Of a DNA stretch of 39,900 bases, positions 1 to 10,458 are shown one piece after another. A program made the position numbers and the translations under genes. Below the pieces are notes generated by a model, which saw only the letters and a program-made list of their open reading frames with translations, made no database searches and was not told where the DNA came from. The first letter of the stretch is position 1. Each line of letters starts with the position of its first letter. Location of the stretch: the sequence record SRR20825010_5116. One strand, given 5' to 3'.

Positions 1-35
1 TCGGTCCTCCCATCAAGGGAGGAAGGGAAAACTCC

Positions 36-2456
36 TTATTCTCCGTCACCGCCGCCGCCACTGTTATTTACAGGGACTTTTAGCTTTGAGTCTGGACCTC
101 CAAATCGATAGGAAGCGCTCAGGTAGAATCGTCTGGTTAACCATTTGTATTCTGCCAGCTGATTAATTCCTTCCTGCTCAAATTCTAATTGAAAACCTTG
201 TCGATTGAAAATATCCGTAACTCTCATTCCAACGGATAGTCGTTTGTTTAACAATCGCTTTTCCAAAGCAATATCAATTCCAGCGCGTGGCTGAACAATT
301 CCTTGTGGACGAACCATTGGACCGTTATACTTTGCATTCATCTGAAGAGTAGCCGACTTCTTCCAGAAATCAATATTGGTAATGTACTTGAATCCCCAAC
401 TGAATCCGTCGTTGTTCCAATCAACTGATGGATCGTTATTCGTATAGCTGATGTAATTACCATTAAAGGAGATCGTATTTTTCCACCATTTCAGAGGCTT
501 GTAGATAAAGATAAGTTCAGATCCTGTACTCACGCTCTCGTCAATGTTATCATACGTTACGACAGATGTATTGTCTGGATAGTACACTTTTACACGATTG
601 ATTACATCAGATGTGCGTCTGTGAAATACACTCGCCGACATGGTCAAGTCTTTCTTTGAAAACGAGTAACCAAGATCAAAGGAATTGATGAACTCTGGCT
701 TCAGCGCAGGATTTCCACGACGAAGGTTAAATGGATCATCATAACTAGAAAAAGGATTTAGCTGTCCCGAAGAAGCACGATTTATCCTTCTGCTATAACT
801 CAAACTTAATTTATGATTCTTTTTCAGGTCATATTTAATATGTCCCGAAGGAAACAAATTAAGAAATTCGTTTTTATACACCTCCCCCGTCAAGGGAAGT
901 TCTGGCGTTTGCTCCGAATATTCTCCTCTCACTCCGACTTGATAACGGAATTTGCCCAATTCTTGACCGAAAATTCCATAAACGCTATAAATTCGTTCGT
1001 AATAATTGTAGTCGAAATTAGCCAGTGTATCTGGATTGTACACATTTGTTACCGTGTCGCGCGCCTCAGAAAAAGTAGATTGAATTTCATTTTGAACAAT
1101 TACCTTTCCACCAGCTTCAACGCGAGCTTTAATTTGCTCAAAAATACGACTCGCATCCGTTTGGATAGTCGTAATTTGATTCTGCGAAGTATTGTCCAAC
1201 TGTTGATTCAACCTCGATTGATTCGAAATCGTTCCGTCCAAATTGTAATACACCTCTTCGTAAAAGCCTTGAGTATTTCGTGATCCAAAAGATTGATTAG
1301 CGTTAAAAGACCATTCTCCTTTGTCGTCTTTAAACGTCTTCACGTAACCAAGGTTAACATCACCATTCAAGTTTTTAATTGGATCCCGCGACGATCTTTC
1401 CCAATGTCGATACAAATCTGTAGTATCTGTATAAAAGTAGTTTTCTAACAATCCCGTTCGGATGCGATCTCCCATTGAGCCCGTTACAGAAATGGTCAAA
1501 AGGTTGAGTTTATTAATGTTCCATTCATTTCCAAGAACAAGCGTATTCCCGAGTTTGTAGTCCGTTCCTTCGCGATCTTGATCTAAATAAATCGAAGAAT
1601 CTCCAGGGAAATTGCGGTATAAATCACTGAAATTATTTCTATATCCTTCGTAGTAATCAAATGAATAATTCAGGTAAGTATTTGTTTTCTTTCCTTGATA
1701 ACTCAGTGCCAAATTTACGTTCGCAAGGTTTCCTGTTGCGCCAGTAACTCCTACTAATCCATTAAATCCTTTCGAGCGATTCTTTTTCAGTACAATGTTT
1801 ATAATTCCAGACGTACCATCTGGATCGTATTTTGCAGAAGGATTGGTTACAACTTCAATTTTCTCAATCGAACTTGCTGGCAAAGCATCTAATAAATTCT
1901 GCCCATCTCCAGCAGCTAGCGTGCTTGGTCTACCATTGATCAAAATAGTGACATTTCCATCGCCTCGTAGACTGATATTTCCATCTTGATCAACGGAAAT
2001 AGAAGGAATGTTCCCCAATACATCGTTAGCAGATCCTCCTCGAACGCTGATGTCTTGGTCTACCGTATAAATTTTCTTATCGATTCCCGACTTCAATTCA
2101 TCCAGCGAACCATTTACGGTTACCTCGTCGAGGTTTAGGGTTTTGTCCAATACCAATTCCACGTTTCCAAGGTCGATTGGCTTTGAAACAACATTGATTG
2201 ACGAAACATATTTGATTTCATGACCGAGAAACGTCACTTTCAACAAGTACTTTCCATCTTTTATATCTTCCAAAAGAAACTCTCCAGACACATCTGTGAA
2301 GGCACCTTTTACAACTGTTGTGTCAGCGGGATTACAAAGTCTAACTGAAGCAAACTCCACAGGCTTTTTATCTGCACCGATTACCGTTCCAGAAATCGAT
2401 TGACTAAATACTAACGCACTAATTCCAGAAAAAAGGATTACTAATAAATTTTTCAT
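36..2456 (-). CDS. TonB-dependent receptor / outer-membrane beta-barrel protein with N-terminal carboxypeptidase-regulatory-like domain
   Basis: 806 aa ORF; signal peptide; SISGTV...ASV...TDVSGEFLL N-domain; plug motif (NVTILINGRP, IEKIEVVTNPSAKYD); barrel motifs GNPALKPE and C-terminal SASYRFG. Confidence 0.9.
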   Translation of the reverse strand: MKNLLVILFSGISALVFSQSISGTVIGADKKPVEFASVRLCNPADTTVVKGAFTDVSGEFLLEDIKDGKYLLKVTFLGHEIKYVSSINVVSKPIDLGNVELVLDKTLNLDEVTVNGSLDELKSGIDKKIYTVDQDISVRGGSANDVLGNIPSISVDQDGNISLRGDGNVTILINGRPSTLAAGDGQNLLDALPASSIEKIEVVTNPSAKYDPDGTSGIINIVLKKNRSKGFNGLVGVTGATGNLANVNLALSYQGKKTNTYLNYSFDYYEGYRNNFSDLYRNFPGDSSIYLDQDREGTDYKLGNTLVLGNEWNINKLNLLTISVTGSMGDRIRTGLLENYFYTDTTDLYRHWERSSRDPIKNLNGDVNLGYVKTFKDDKGEWSFNANQSFGSRNTQGFYEEVYYNLDGTISNQSRLNQQLDNTSQNQITTIQTDASRIFEQIKARVEAGGKVIVQNEIQSTFSEARDTVTNVYNPDTLANFDYNYYERIYSVYGIFGQELGKFRYQVGVRGEYSEQTPELPLTGEVYKNEFLNLFPSGHIKYDLKKNHKLSLSYSRRINRASSGQLNPFSSYDDPFNLRRGNPALKPEFINSFDLGYSFSKKDLTMSASVFHRRTSDVINRVKVYYPDNTSVVTYDNIDESVSTGSELIFIYKPLKWWKNTISFNGNYISYTNNDPSVDWNNDGFSWGFKYITNIDFWKKSATLQMNAKYNGPMVRPQGIVQPRAGIDIALEKRLLNKRLSVGMRVTDIFNRQGFQLEFEQEGINQLAEYKWLTRRFYLSASYRFGGPDSKLKVPVNNSGGGGDGE

Positions 2457-2462
2457 CCTTGA

Positions 2463-2912
2463 TTACATCCTTAGTTTGTCCAATAAATCACTCAATAAAT
2501 CCGCTTCTTCCTCCGTCAATTTTGTTGGAATAAATTCTTCAGTGCTGTTTTCAATTTTAGCATCAATATCGCTCAGAATTTTCAACCCTGCAGGGGAGAT
2601 TTTCACATACACTACTCTTCTATCCTCAGAGCACCTTTCTCTTTCAATTAAGTTTTTCTCAATCAGTTTATCCATCAGTCGAGTCGTATTTGGAGATTTT
2701 TCTACCATACGATCCTTTACCGAATTCACCGTAATTGCGCCTTTGGCTCCTCTTAAAATTCTAAGAATATTAAATTGAGGCATTGTTAAATCATATTCAA
2801 ACATGAACTTATTCTGCTTTGCAGCTAAGTAATTTGATGTATAACGAACGTTTACGGCCGCTCTGTGGTAGGGAGAGGAAAACTTGCTTTGAATCACTTC
2901 ATCTATTTTCAT
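2463..2912 (-). CDS. MarR family transcriptional regulator
   Basis: 149 aa; LTMPQFNILRILR...NTTRLMDKL...DRRVVYVKIS winged-helix pattern; 6 bp upstream of the receptor gene, probably co-transcribed. Confidence 0.92.
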   Translation of the reverse strand: MKIDEVIQSKFSSPYHRAAVNVRYTSNYLAAKQNKFMFEYDLTMPQFNILRILRGAKGAITVNSVKDRMVEKSPNTTRLMDKLIEKNLIERERCSEDRRVVYVKISPAGLKILSDIDAKIENSTEEFIPTKLTEEEADLLSDLLDKLRM

Positions 2913-2916
2913 GGCA

Positions 2917-2936
2917 CAAAAATAACTACCATGGTA
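2917..2936 (-). promoter_or_regulatory. Bacteroidota -7 element (TATTTTTG, 2924-2917) next to the perfect palindrome TACCATGGTA (2927-2936), a candidate MarR operator
   Basis: Matches TAnnTTTG, 4 nt before the marR ATG; 10-bp palindrome immediately upstream. Confidence 0.55.
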
Positions 2937-3163
2937 ATAAATTCAAAATTATTTAACTAATCATTTCAGAAATTGAATTATTCATAATGAGTCTAAAAAA
3001 GGGCACAATCGAATAGTTTCCAATCAAAATTAATGCACGAGATCAAATAAACCACAAGCAGCGATCTTTTTGTACCTTTAGAATATTGCACGCGCAAAGA
3101 ATAATAGTTACCGAGTAAAATAAAGCGTTGTAAAAAGCCTAGATTACTCACAAAACACACTTT

Positions 3164-3970
3164 ATGAATTTAAATTTAGCCGTACTTATTGACGGTGACA
3201 ACATACCTTCCGCATACATTAAAGAAATGATGGAAGAAATTGCCAAGTATGGAAATCCAACGATTAAACGAATCTATGGAGATTGGACGAAACCACATTT
3301 GAGCAAATGGAAAAATCTCTTATTAGAAAACGCAATCACCCCTATTCAGCAATATGGATATACATCGGGGAAAAACGCCACTGATTCGGCAATGATCATC
3401 GACGCGATGGATATTCTGTATACGGGTAAAGTAAATGGTTTTTGCATAGTATCCAGCGACAGTGATTTTACGCGTTTGGCCATACGCCTGCGCGAAGCAA
3501 GTATGCATGTTATAGGAATCGGGGAAAAGAAAACCCCAAATCCATTCATTGTAGCATGTGATCGCTTCGTATTCATTGAAGTACTTAAAAACGATGCTCA
3601 AAAAGTAGCTTCTGATGACGAAAAAGCACCTGTAAAAAACTCTGTGGACAAAATTACTCCTAAGGAAATTGCACTAATAAGATCTTCAGTTTCTGACCTT
3701 TCAGACGAAGATGGATGGGCATTTCTGGGTGATGTGGGCAGTTTAATCCAGAAAAAGCTTCCTAGTTTCGATGCCAGAAATTATGGTTTCCTGAAGCTTA
3801 CACCGCTTGTAAAATCATTAGAAGAATTTGAAATAGAAGAGAGAGAAGCTCCAAAAAGCAGACACAAACTGATCTATATTAAAAACAGAGAAAAAGCCGC
3901 GCCCAAAAAGCCTGTAAGAACAAAATCTAGAAGAAAACCACCACAGAAACCTGCTTCTAACGGAGAGTGA
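3164..3970 (+). CDS. NYN domain protein (LabA/DUF88, PIN-like) with C-terminal OST-HTH/LOTUS domain
   Basis: LIDGDN, RIYGDW, GKNATD...IDAMD, VSSDSDF motifs; GWAFLGDVG...FDARNYGFLKL LOTUS-like segment; basic tail. Confidence 0.9.
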   Translation: MNLNLAVLIDGDNIPSAYIKEMMEEIAKYGNPTIKRIYGDWTKPHLSKWKNLLLENAITPIQQYGYTSGKNATDSAMIIDAMDILYTGKVNGFCIVSSDSDFTRLAIRLREASMHVIGIGEKKTPNPFIVACDRFVFIEVLKNDAQKVASDDEKAPVKNSVDKITPKEIALIRSSVSDLSDEDGWAFLGDVGSLIQKKLPSFDARNYGFLKLTPLVKSLEEFEIEEREAPKSRHKLIYIKNREKAAPKKPVRTKSRRKPPQKPASNGE

Positions 3971-4027
3971 ATTTTGCCGTAATGGCTCCAATGATTTTTT
4001 TCATAACTTCGCGTAAACTAACGCATT

Positions 4028-5722
4028 ATGAAAAAGACAATCTTATTAATCGCCCTTGGAATTAGCTCCATAGGGTTTTCTCAATCGTGCTTTGATGGAG
4101 GTACAGGTTCGGATGGAGCTTACGTCGCAACTGTAAACACCACATTAGCTGGTGGAACGTACAACTTCACTTCATTTACAATTAATCCAGGTGTTACTGT
4201 TAACGTTACAGGAACTATTCCACTTGAAATTTTCTGCCAAGGAAACACGAACATTAGTGGGACATTATCTGCAAATGGTGGTAATGGGACAAATGGAATC
4301 ACTTCTTCATCAGGAGGAATAGGTGGAATAGGTGTTGCAGGCGGTGGAAACGGCGGTGCAGGATCGTTTTCCCCTTCCGTTGGTGAAGTTCCTGGAAATG
4401 ACGGTGCAAATTCTGGAGGAGTAGGAAACTTAGGTGCTGGCTGGTCAGGTGGCGGAGGAGCTGGATACGCAAGTGTTGGTCAATCAACTGGGGGGACAAC
4501 AGGTGGATTTGGTGGCCCTATTTACGGTACAGCCGATTTAACAACAATGACTAGCGGCTCAGGCGGCGGTGGCGGTTCTGGCGGATATAACTGTGGTGCT
4601 GGTGGCGGTGGCGCTGGTGGCGGAATTATTATCATTCGTTCGGTGTCTATTGACATCAATGCAGGTGGAATGATTTCTTCGAATGGCGGTAATGGCGGTT
4701 CAGACGGAAATGGAAACTGCGGTGGCGGTGGCGCTGGATCTGGTGGTACAATTTGGCTTCAAACTCCCTCATTAACGAATAACGGAACAATTTCAGCTAT
4801 TGGCGGAATTGGCGGAGCTTCTGCGATTCCTGGTTCACCTTATTACGGTATCGGTGGAAATGGCAGTGAAGGAAGAGTTAGAATTGATGGAATAATCTCT
4901 GGTGCTGGTTCAACAAATCCCCCAGTTGGCTTTTTTGGTCCATTACCTACTCCACTTACCAATCAAACAGTTACGCTGTGTTATGCAGAAACAATTACTG
5001 TTGGATCAAACACATACTCAGCGACTGGAAACTATTCAGACACATTACAAACTCCTGCTGGTTGCGATAGCATTGTCAACACCGATTTAACTGTTTTACC
5101 ACAAAACGAAACAGCGCAATCTTTTACACTTTGTGAAGGAGAATCAATCACTGTTGGGACAAGTACATATTCTACAGACGGAACATATACAGATCTATTC
5201 ACTGCTACAAATGGATGCGATAGTCTAGTTATGACAACCATTTCAGTAGAGGTAATTGATGCATCGTTTGAAACATATTTCGATTCGTTGTATGCTTTAA
5301 CATCAAATGCAACTTACCAGTGGTTCGATTGCTCAAGCGGAAACTTTATAGCAATTTCTGGAGCAACATCACAAGCACTTACAAGTGTTACATTTGGAAA
5401 CTCTTACGCACTTGTTATTTCATTCAACGGCTGCACTGACACTTCAGATTGTGTTTATTTAGTTCTTGAGGGTGTGAATGAATATATGCCGAAACTCATC
5501 TCCATCTTCCCAAACCCAACGAATGGAACAATCTATTTGGAAGGAATTGAGAAAATTTCAGGATTCGAATCTTTAGAAATTCATTCTGCAAGTGGTCAAA
5601 AAGTAGCAACATTTAATGAGTTGAAAGCATCGTATGATCTTTCATCATTGGACGAAGGGATCTACTTTATGGAGCTTCAATTAACTAATTATAAAGAAAC
5701 CATTCGATTCATTAAGAACTAA
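4028..5722 (+). CDS. Glycine-rich secreted protein with T9SS type A sorting domain
   Basis: Signal peptide; long GGxGG-rich region; two ~51-aa C...GCDS repeats; C-terminal IFPNPTNG...LDEGIYF...FIKN. Confidence 0.88.
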   Translation: MKKTILLIALGISSIGFSQSCFDGGTGSDGAYVATVNTTLAGGTYNFTSFTINPGVTVNVTGTIPLEIFCQGNTNISGTLSANGGNGTNGITSSSGGIGGIGVAGGGNGGAGSFSPSVGEVPGNDGANSGGVGNLGAGWSGGGGAGYASVGQSTGGTTGGFGGPIYGTADLTTMTSGSGGGGGSGGYNCGAGGGGAGGGIIIIRSVSIDINAGGMISSNGGNGGSDGNGNCGGGGAGSGGTIWLQTPSLTNNGTISAIGGIGGASAIPGSPYYGIGGNGSEGRVRIDGIISGAGSTNPPVGFFGPLPTPLTNQTVTLCYAETITVGSNTYSATGNYSDTLQTPAGCDSIVNTDLTVLPQNETAQSFTLCEGESITVGTSTYSTDGTYTDLFTATNGCDSLVMTTISVEVIDASFETYFDSLYALTSNATYQWFDCSSGNFIAISGATSQALTSVTFGNSYALVISFNGCTDTSDCVYLVLEGVNEYMPKLISIFPNPTNGTIYLEGIEKISGFESLEIHSASGQKVATFNELKASYDLSSLDEGIYFMELQLTNYKETIRFIKN

Positions 5723-5744
5723 TAGAAGTATAAAGAGAAAATTT

Positions 5745-5776
5745 AACGACTAGTCGAAAGGCTGGTCGTTTTTTTT
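5745..5776 (+). terminator. Rho-independent terminator
   Basis: Stem AACGACTAGTC / GGCTGGTCGTT with GAAA tetraloop followed by a T run, just after the T9SS gene. Confidence 0.85.
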
Positions 5777-5938
5777 AGTCTAAAAACAGTGAGCGATTGG
5801 ACATGTATAATTACACCCGTAACTATTGTGAAAATGCATTTCATAAAAATTAAATAATCTATTTTCGTTACAACTAAAATGTTCAAAGAGAACAAATCGA
5901 GACAAAATATCTTTAAGACATCCAAAACTACACGGCAA

Positions 5939-6928
5939 ATGAAAACTAAATTAACCCTCATTCTATTCCTTGTCTGTAACTCAATCTTGGCGCAAGAAGC
6001 AAAAATTGAGTTTTTACCCAATCTCCCTTACGATAAGTACGAATTAGAAAGAACGGATAAAAAAGATACCATTACATTCTACCTTTCTGTTACCTCTGCG
6101 AAAGATAAATTGCCCTTAGTTGTTTACATTCAAGGCTCAGGAATGAATTCTATGTTCGTCGAAAGCGACGATAGAATTATCACGAACGCGGGACACATGA
6201 CATGGTTTGATTTATCTGAAGAAAAGAGCAGAATTCTAATCATTGAGAAACCAGGAGTAGATTACTTACAAACAGGACCTTCTGAATCTTTTGACGCACA
6301 ATTTTCACTTAAGAACTGGAGCGAAACAATTGTTGACGCGATCAACTACATTCTTGAACACGAAGAAATCGATCCTGGGAAAGTTCTAATCGCTGGACAT
6401 TCTGAAGGAGGCATTGTCGCTTCAAGAGTAGCCAATTTAATGAAGGAAAAGGTGTCTAATGTTGCCATTTTAGCAGGCGAAGGCCCTTCCCAACTCTACA
6501 GCTTGTACAAGTTCGCTGAGGACGGTACTTTTTTCAATACGCCAGAGCACAATATGCCTACGTCAGAGCAACGAATCAATTACGTAACGAATACCTGGAA
6601 TGATATTTTGAGTGATCCAACCAACACAGAAAAAAAATTCTGGGGATTCACTTATTTAAGATGGTATAGTTTCTTGAAAACTTCAGTAATCGATGAACTC
6701 ACAAACTATAACGGTAAAATACTAATTGTGCAAGGAACGGAAGACAAAGCTGTACACCCTGAATCAGCTATCGTTTCATATACATCTTTATTGACGAAAG
6801 GGAGAAATGTAACATTAACACTCGTAGAAAATGCGGATCATTCTTTTAATATTTCAGATCAAAAGGAAGTTGACGGCTGGAAAATGGTCATAGAAAGCAC
6901 TCTTGAGTGGTTCATTAAATCCCATTAA
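5939..6928 (+). CDS. Secreted alpha/beta hydrolase (S9 peptidase/esterase-like)
   Basis: GHSEG nucleophile elbow, QGTEDKAV Asp, ADHSF His; start set at ATG 5939 because it begins a signal peptide (MKTKLTLILFLV). Confidence 0.85.
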   Translation: MKTKLTLILFLVCNSILAQEAKIEFLPNLPYDKYELERTDKKDTITFYLSVTSAKDKLPLVVYIQGSGMNSMFVESDDRIITNAGHMTWFDLSEEKSRILIIEKPGVDYLQTGPSESFDAQFSLKNWSETIVDAINYILEHEEIDPGKVLIAGHSEGGIVASRVANLMKEKVSNVAILAGEGPSQLYSLYKFAEDGTFFNTPEHNMPTSEQRINYVTNTWNDILSDPTNTEKKFWGFTYLRWYSFLKTSVIDELTNYNGKILIVQGTEDKAVHPESAIVSYTSLLTKGRNVTLTLVENADHSFNISDQKEVDGWKMVIESTLEWFIKSH

Positions 6929-6970
6929 TGTGCATACTATCGAATACTTCTACAATTGAAAATCTTCTTT

Positions 6971-9448
6971 TTACAGCCACATTAGTTTCAAATCTTCTTC
7001 GTTAAGTTCACCCGTAAATGTGAGTTGAAAAGTATGCGTTCCTGGCAACAAACTTTCGAAGTTGTGATCAAATTTCACTCCAGACTTATTGGAAGAAATC
7101 CAAAGATTTCTCACGAACGTTTTATTCGTAATTGTAACCTGACCTCTTCCCGCTTTGTCCGTTTCAAAAACCATTTCCACCTGATTTTTCGTCGCTTTTG
7201 AATAGCTTGATCTTAAATTATCGAACGTTCTAATCTGTTGTTTCCCAAGTTGATCTTTAAAAGTAAACACGAGTTGAAGGTTCTGGTTTTTCAGCTCACT
7301 TTCAATTCCCTTCAAACACAGCTTCGTACTTCCTTGACCGTTGATCATTTGTGAAAGCTCCAACGTTGTTTTATGCTTCCCTTGTAAATCATACACATCA
7401 CATTTAATATCCAACATCAACGTGTCTACAAGGTCAGAAACGATATAATAATCAATCGTTTGGAGGTCTGAATACTTCGCCACAACACTGATGTCCGAAT
7501 AGTCCTTTTTCATTTGGTATTGCAAGGCTTTCCAATTTCCATAATAATCGATGCTCGACCAAGATGGAGCTGGCCAACAATCGTTCAACTGCCAGTAAAT
7601 TGTTCCACCACAACGAGGAAAATCAACTCTGTGTCCAGCAACAGCCATACTCACCGCCATCGATTGAGTTAATTGTGAGAAGTATACGAACTCTTCAAAA
7701 TCGGTTGGATTTCCGTATAATTTCTTCGCATGCTTTAAGATCATATCGTTTCCAACATAGCTCTTTTGGTGATGCTTCATGACTGCCGAACTCAAGTCCC
7801 AATCGCCAGCATCCGAGAACATTCGAATTGTACCGTACTCTGGAAAGCTCTGGAATCCATATTCTGCGTTAAATCGCCCGATTTTCTTTCCAAAGTCTTC
7901 AATTGGATCCTTTCCATGCCAAACACCCCAATAATGCTGAGATCCATGATTGTAAAACTCATCCTTTCCCCAGTTACTTAGCGGAGAAGTATGGATATAA
8001 GGAATGGTTGTAAAATTCTCAACGACTGACGGAGCTACCTTTTTAAACAAACGGTCATACGCTTCCTCGATTTCCTTCGCACTTTTTCCAAAAAGTCCAT
8101 ACTTTATTTGGAATCCCCAGTTTTCCCATGCGACTTTTACTTCATTATTTCCATTAAAAAGAACAACGCTTGGATGGGCTGCAATTCTCGGAACCTGATA
8201 TTCGAATTCCTCCACAACATTTGCCATGAATAAATCGTCTCCTGGATACATGGAGCATGCGAACATCAAATCCTCCCACACCATAATTCCCAATTCGTCG
8301 CACGCATTAAAAAAGACTTCATCCGGGTAATATCCACCACCCCAAACGCGCACCATGTTGAAATTGGATTCAGCCATGTCTTCCACCAGTTTTCGAATCT
8401 CTGTGTCTTTCACACGTGCTGGAAAGATATCCTGAGGAATGTAATCAGCTCCTTTACAAAAAACTGTTCGTCCATTAATTTTGAAGTAATAACTCGTCCC
8501 CCATTGATCTTTTTCCTGAATCAATTCGGACGTTTTTATGCCGTATTTTACATTATTCGTTGAAATCAATGCATTTTCTTTCAAAAACGACCAAGTATCG
8601 CTGTAAATCTGTTGCTCTCCGTGTCCTCTAGGCCACCATAAACTGGGGTTTTCAACGCTCTCTTTTCGAACTGCGTTTCCGTTTTTAACACGAACTTCGT
8701 CAATTCCAAATCTTTTCGATTTCCACGAAAGTGTTTCATCTTTTTTCACTGCGAACTGAACTTCAAATTCCATTTCAGCAATGTTATCTTGGATAGAAAT
8801 TGTTCGAGTGGTTGTCCACAAAACGCGGTTACCATCGTAGGCGTAGATTTTTGCGGGTTTATTGAAACCAATTGTATTCAACCGAAGCGCCCAGTCCCAA
8901 CCAAACTGATACTGTGGCTTGCGGGTAAGAGGTGCAATCGCAGTTTCGTGTACATCATTTGGAGCAGGCAATTTATACCCCATCTTTTTGTAGGTATCAG
9001 CGTGATATCGAACAGGAGGTACAATTACCACGTGAAGTTCGTTCAGGCCTTCTTTCGCCAAATCTTGGATAAAAACGCGGTGCGGAATATATGCATTTGC
9101 CGTTTCCAAAATGAGTTTATCATTGAGGTAAAACTTCGCGTAGGTATCAACGGAACCAAATTCGAGTTCGAGATACTCTTTATCGAGCATTTCTTTGGTA
9201 ATAAAAAATAGCGATTTGAATTCCCAATCGTGTTCTTCAAACCAACCAAATTTGTTCTCGTTTGTCCCGTAAAAAGGATCGGGCATTTCACCCGTAGCAA
9301 TGAGTGCTTCTTGCACAGAACCCTTTTCACCGAGTTCCATCCACGATTTACTCAATGGATGAAAAAACGACCATTCTAACTTCATATCTTCCTGACTCAT
9401 CGCGTTAAATCCGAGCATAACGCCGATTAATAAAATCCATTTTCTCAT
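6971..9448 (-). CDS. Beta-mannosidase, glycoside hydrolase family 2
   Basis: 825 aa; RKPQYQFGWDW, RVWGGGYY, GNNE (acid/base), AEYGFQS (nucleophile), YWQLNDCWP; signal peptide. Confidence 0.93.
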   Translation of the reverse strand: MRKWILLIGVMLGFNAMSQEDMKLEWSFFHPLSKSWMELGEKGSVQEALIATGEMPDPFYGTNENKFGWFEEHDWEFKSLFFITKEMLDKEYLELEFGSVDTYAKFYLNDKLILETANAYIPHRVFIQDLAKEGLNELHVVIVPPVRYHADTYKKMGYKLPAPNDVHETAIAPLTRKPQYQFGWDWALRLNTIGFNKPAKIYAYDGNRVLWTTTRTISIQDNIAEMEFEVQFAVKKDETLSWKSKRFGIDEVRVKNGNAVRKESVENPSLWWPRGHGEQQIYSDTWSFLKENALISTNNVKYGIKTSELIQEKDQWGTSYYFKINGRTVFCKGADYIPQDIFPARVKDTEIRKLVEDMAESNFNMVRVWGGGYYPDEVFFNACDELGIMVWEDLMFACSMYPGDDLFMANVVEEFEYQVPRIAAHPSVVLFNGNNEVKVAWENWGFQIKYGLFGKSAKEIEEAYDRLFKKVAPSVVENFTTIPYIHTSPLSNWGKDEFYNHGSQHYWGVWHGKDPIEDFGKKIGRFNAEYGFQSFPEYGTIRMFSDAGDWDLSSAVMKHHQKSYVGNDMILKHAKKLYGNPTDFEEFVYFSQLTQSMAVSMAVAGHRVDFPRCGGTIYWQLNDCWPAPSWSSIDYYGNWKALQYQMKKDYSDISVVAKYSDLQTIDYYIVSDLVDTLMLDIKCDVYDLQGKHKTTLELSQMINGQGSTKLCLKGIESELKNQNLQLVFTFKDQLGKQQIRTFDNLRSSYSKATKNQVEMVFETDKAGRGQVTITNKTFVRNLWISSNKSGVKFDHNFESLLPGTHTFQLTFTGELNEEDLKLMWL

Positions 9449-10458
9449 TTTATTTGTCCGTTCCAGTCTCTATTATAATCTGCATCTACCAATTTGTTCA
9501 TTTTGGAATTTTTTAAGGCAAAATTAAAGCCGTTGTAGACAGAAAAACCGCCATAATTCCCGTATTTATCTATCGCGATAAAGCCACACTGAAGACCTTC
9601 AAGATCATCGTGCTTTGCAATAATTCGTTCAACAGCCTCTCTGCAAGCATCTTGAGGAGAAGATCCTTGACGCATTAACTCTACAACTGTGTGACTTCCT
9701 GCAATGCGAATAATTGCCTCACCGAGTCCAGTTGCACATGCTCCCCCAACATCTCCATCGATAAACAATCCAGCGCCGATAATGGGTGAATCTCCTATTC
9801 TTCCATGTAATTTGTATGCCCAACCGCTCGTTGTACATGCGCCGCTTATTCGTCCAGCTTGATCCATAGCCAACATTCCAATCGTATCGTGATTTTCATG
9901 GTTGATCTCTGGTTTTTTGAACAAATCCTTATTTTCCTTCTTCCATTCTTTCCATTCCTTTTTCACTTCTTTGATCGGGGTTTTCACCTTCTCAAAACCG
10001 TGATCTAAGGCAAATTCACGTGCTCCCTCACCTACCAACATTACGTGCTGTGTTGCTTCCATTACTCTCCGAGCAACAGAAATTGGATGTTTTATTCCCT
10101 CAAGAAAGCCTACGGAGCCACATTTAGAATCATGGTCCATAATACACGCATCCAAGGTAACATGCCCATCACGGTCAGGCATACCGCCAGAACCAACACT
10201 TCTATTTGAAAGATCCGATTCTGTAACTTTCACACCATTTTCGACAGCATCGAGTGCGTTTCCACCTTTTGAAATGACTTCCCATGCGGCTTCATTTGCT
10301 GCAAGTCCATGACTCCAGGTAGAAATAACAAGTGGTTCGAACGCTTTTCGAAGATATGATTCTTGCAACAGTTCACTCGCCTTAACCGGCTTGAACAATC
10401 CAATAGCAGTAGCCGTTAGCCCAAGTTTGAAAAACGTTCTTCGCTTTAAATCCGTCAT
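9445..10458 (-). CDS. N(4)-(beta-N-acetylglucosaminyl)-L-asparaginase (glycosylasparaginase, Ntn hydrolase), Tat-exported
   Basis: HD|TIG autoproteolysis site, TTSG, GRIGDSPIIGAG; twin-arginine KRRTFFK; start at 10458 gives an ATGA overlap with the mltG stop. Confidence 0.9.
   Translation of the reverse strand: MTDLKRRTFFKLGLTATAIGLFKPVKASELLQESYLRKAFEPLVISTWSHGLAANEAAWEVISKGGNALDAVENGVKVTESDLSNRSVGSGGMPDRDGHVTLDACIMDHDSKCGSVGFLEGIKHPISVARRVMEATQHVMLVGEGAREFALDHGFEKVKTPIKEVKKEWKEWKKENKDLFKKPEINHENHDTIGMLAMDQAGRISGACTTSGWAYKLHGRIGDSPIIGAGLFIDGDVGGACATGLGEAIIRIAGSHTVVELMRQGSSPQDACREAVERIIAKHDDLEGLQCGFIAIDKYGNYGGFSVYNGFNFALKNSKMNKLVDADYNRDWNGQIK

Noticed and set aside
5-23. Hairpin TCCTCCC-ATCAA-GGGAGGA after the receptor stop as terminator or REP
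   Set aside because: Cut by the window edge; neither a U tract nor further copies can be seen, so it cannot be classified
3164-3970. NYN-LOTUS protein as an anti-phage or toxin nuclease system
   Set aside because: Common stand-alone LabA/DUF88 architecture; no partner gene or defence context
4280-4870. GGT/GGC-rich tandem-like DNA as a non-coding repeat
   Set aside because: Fully explained by glycine codons with varied third positions
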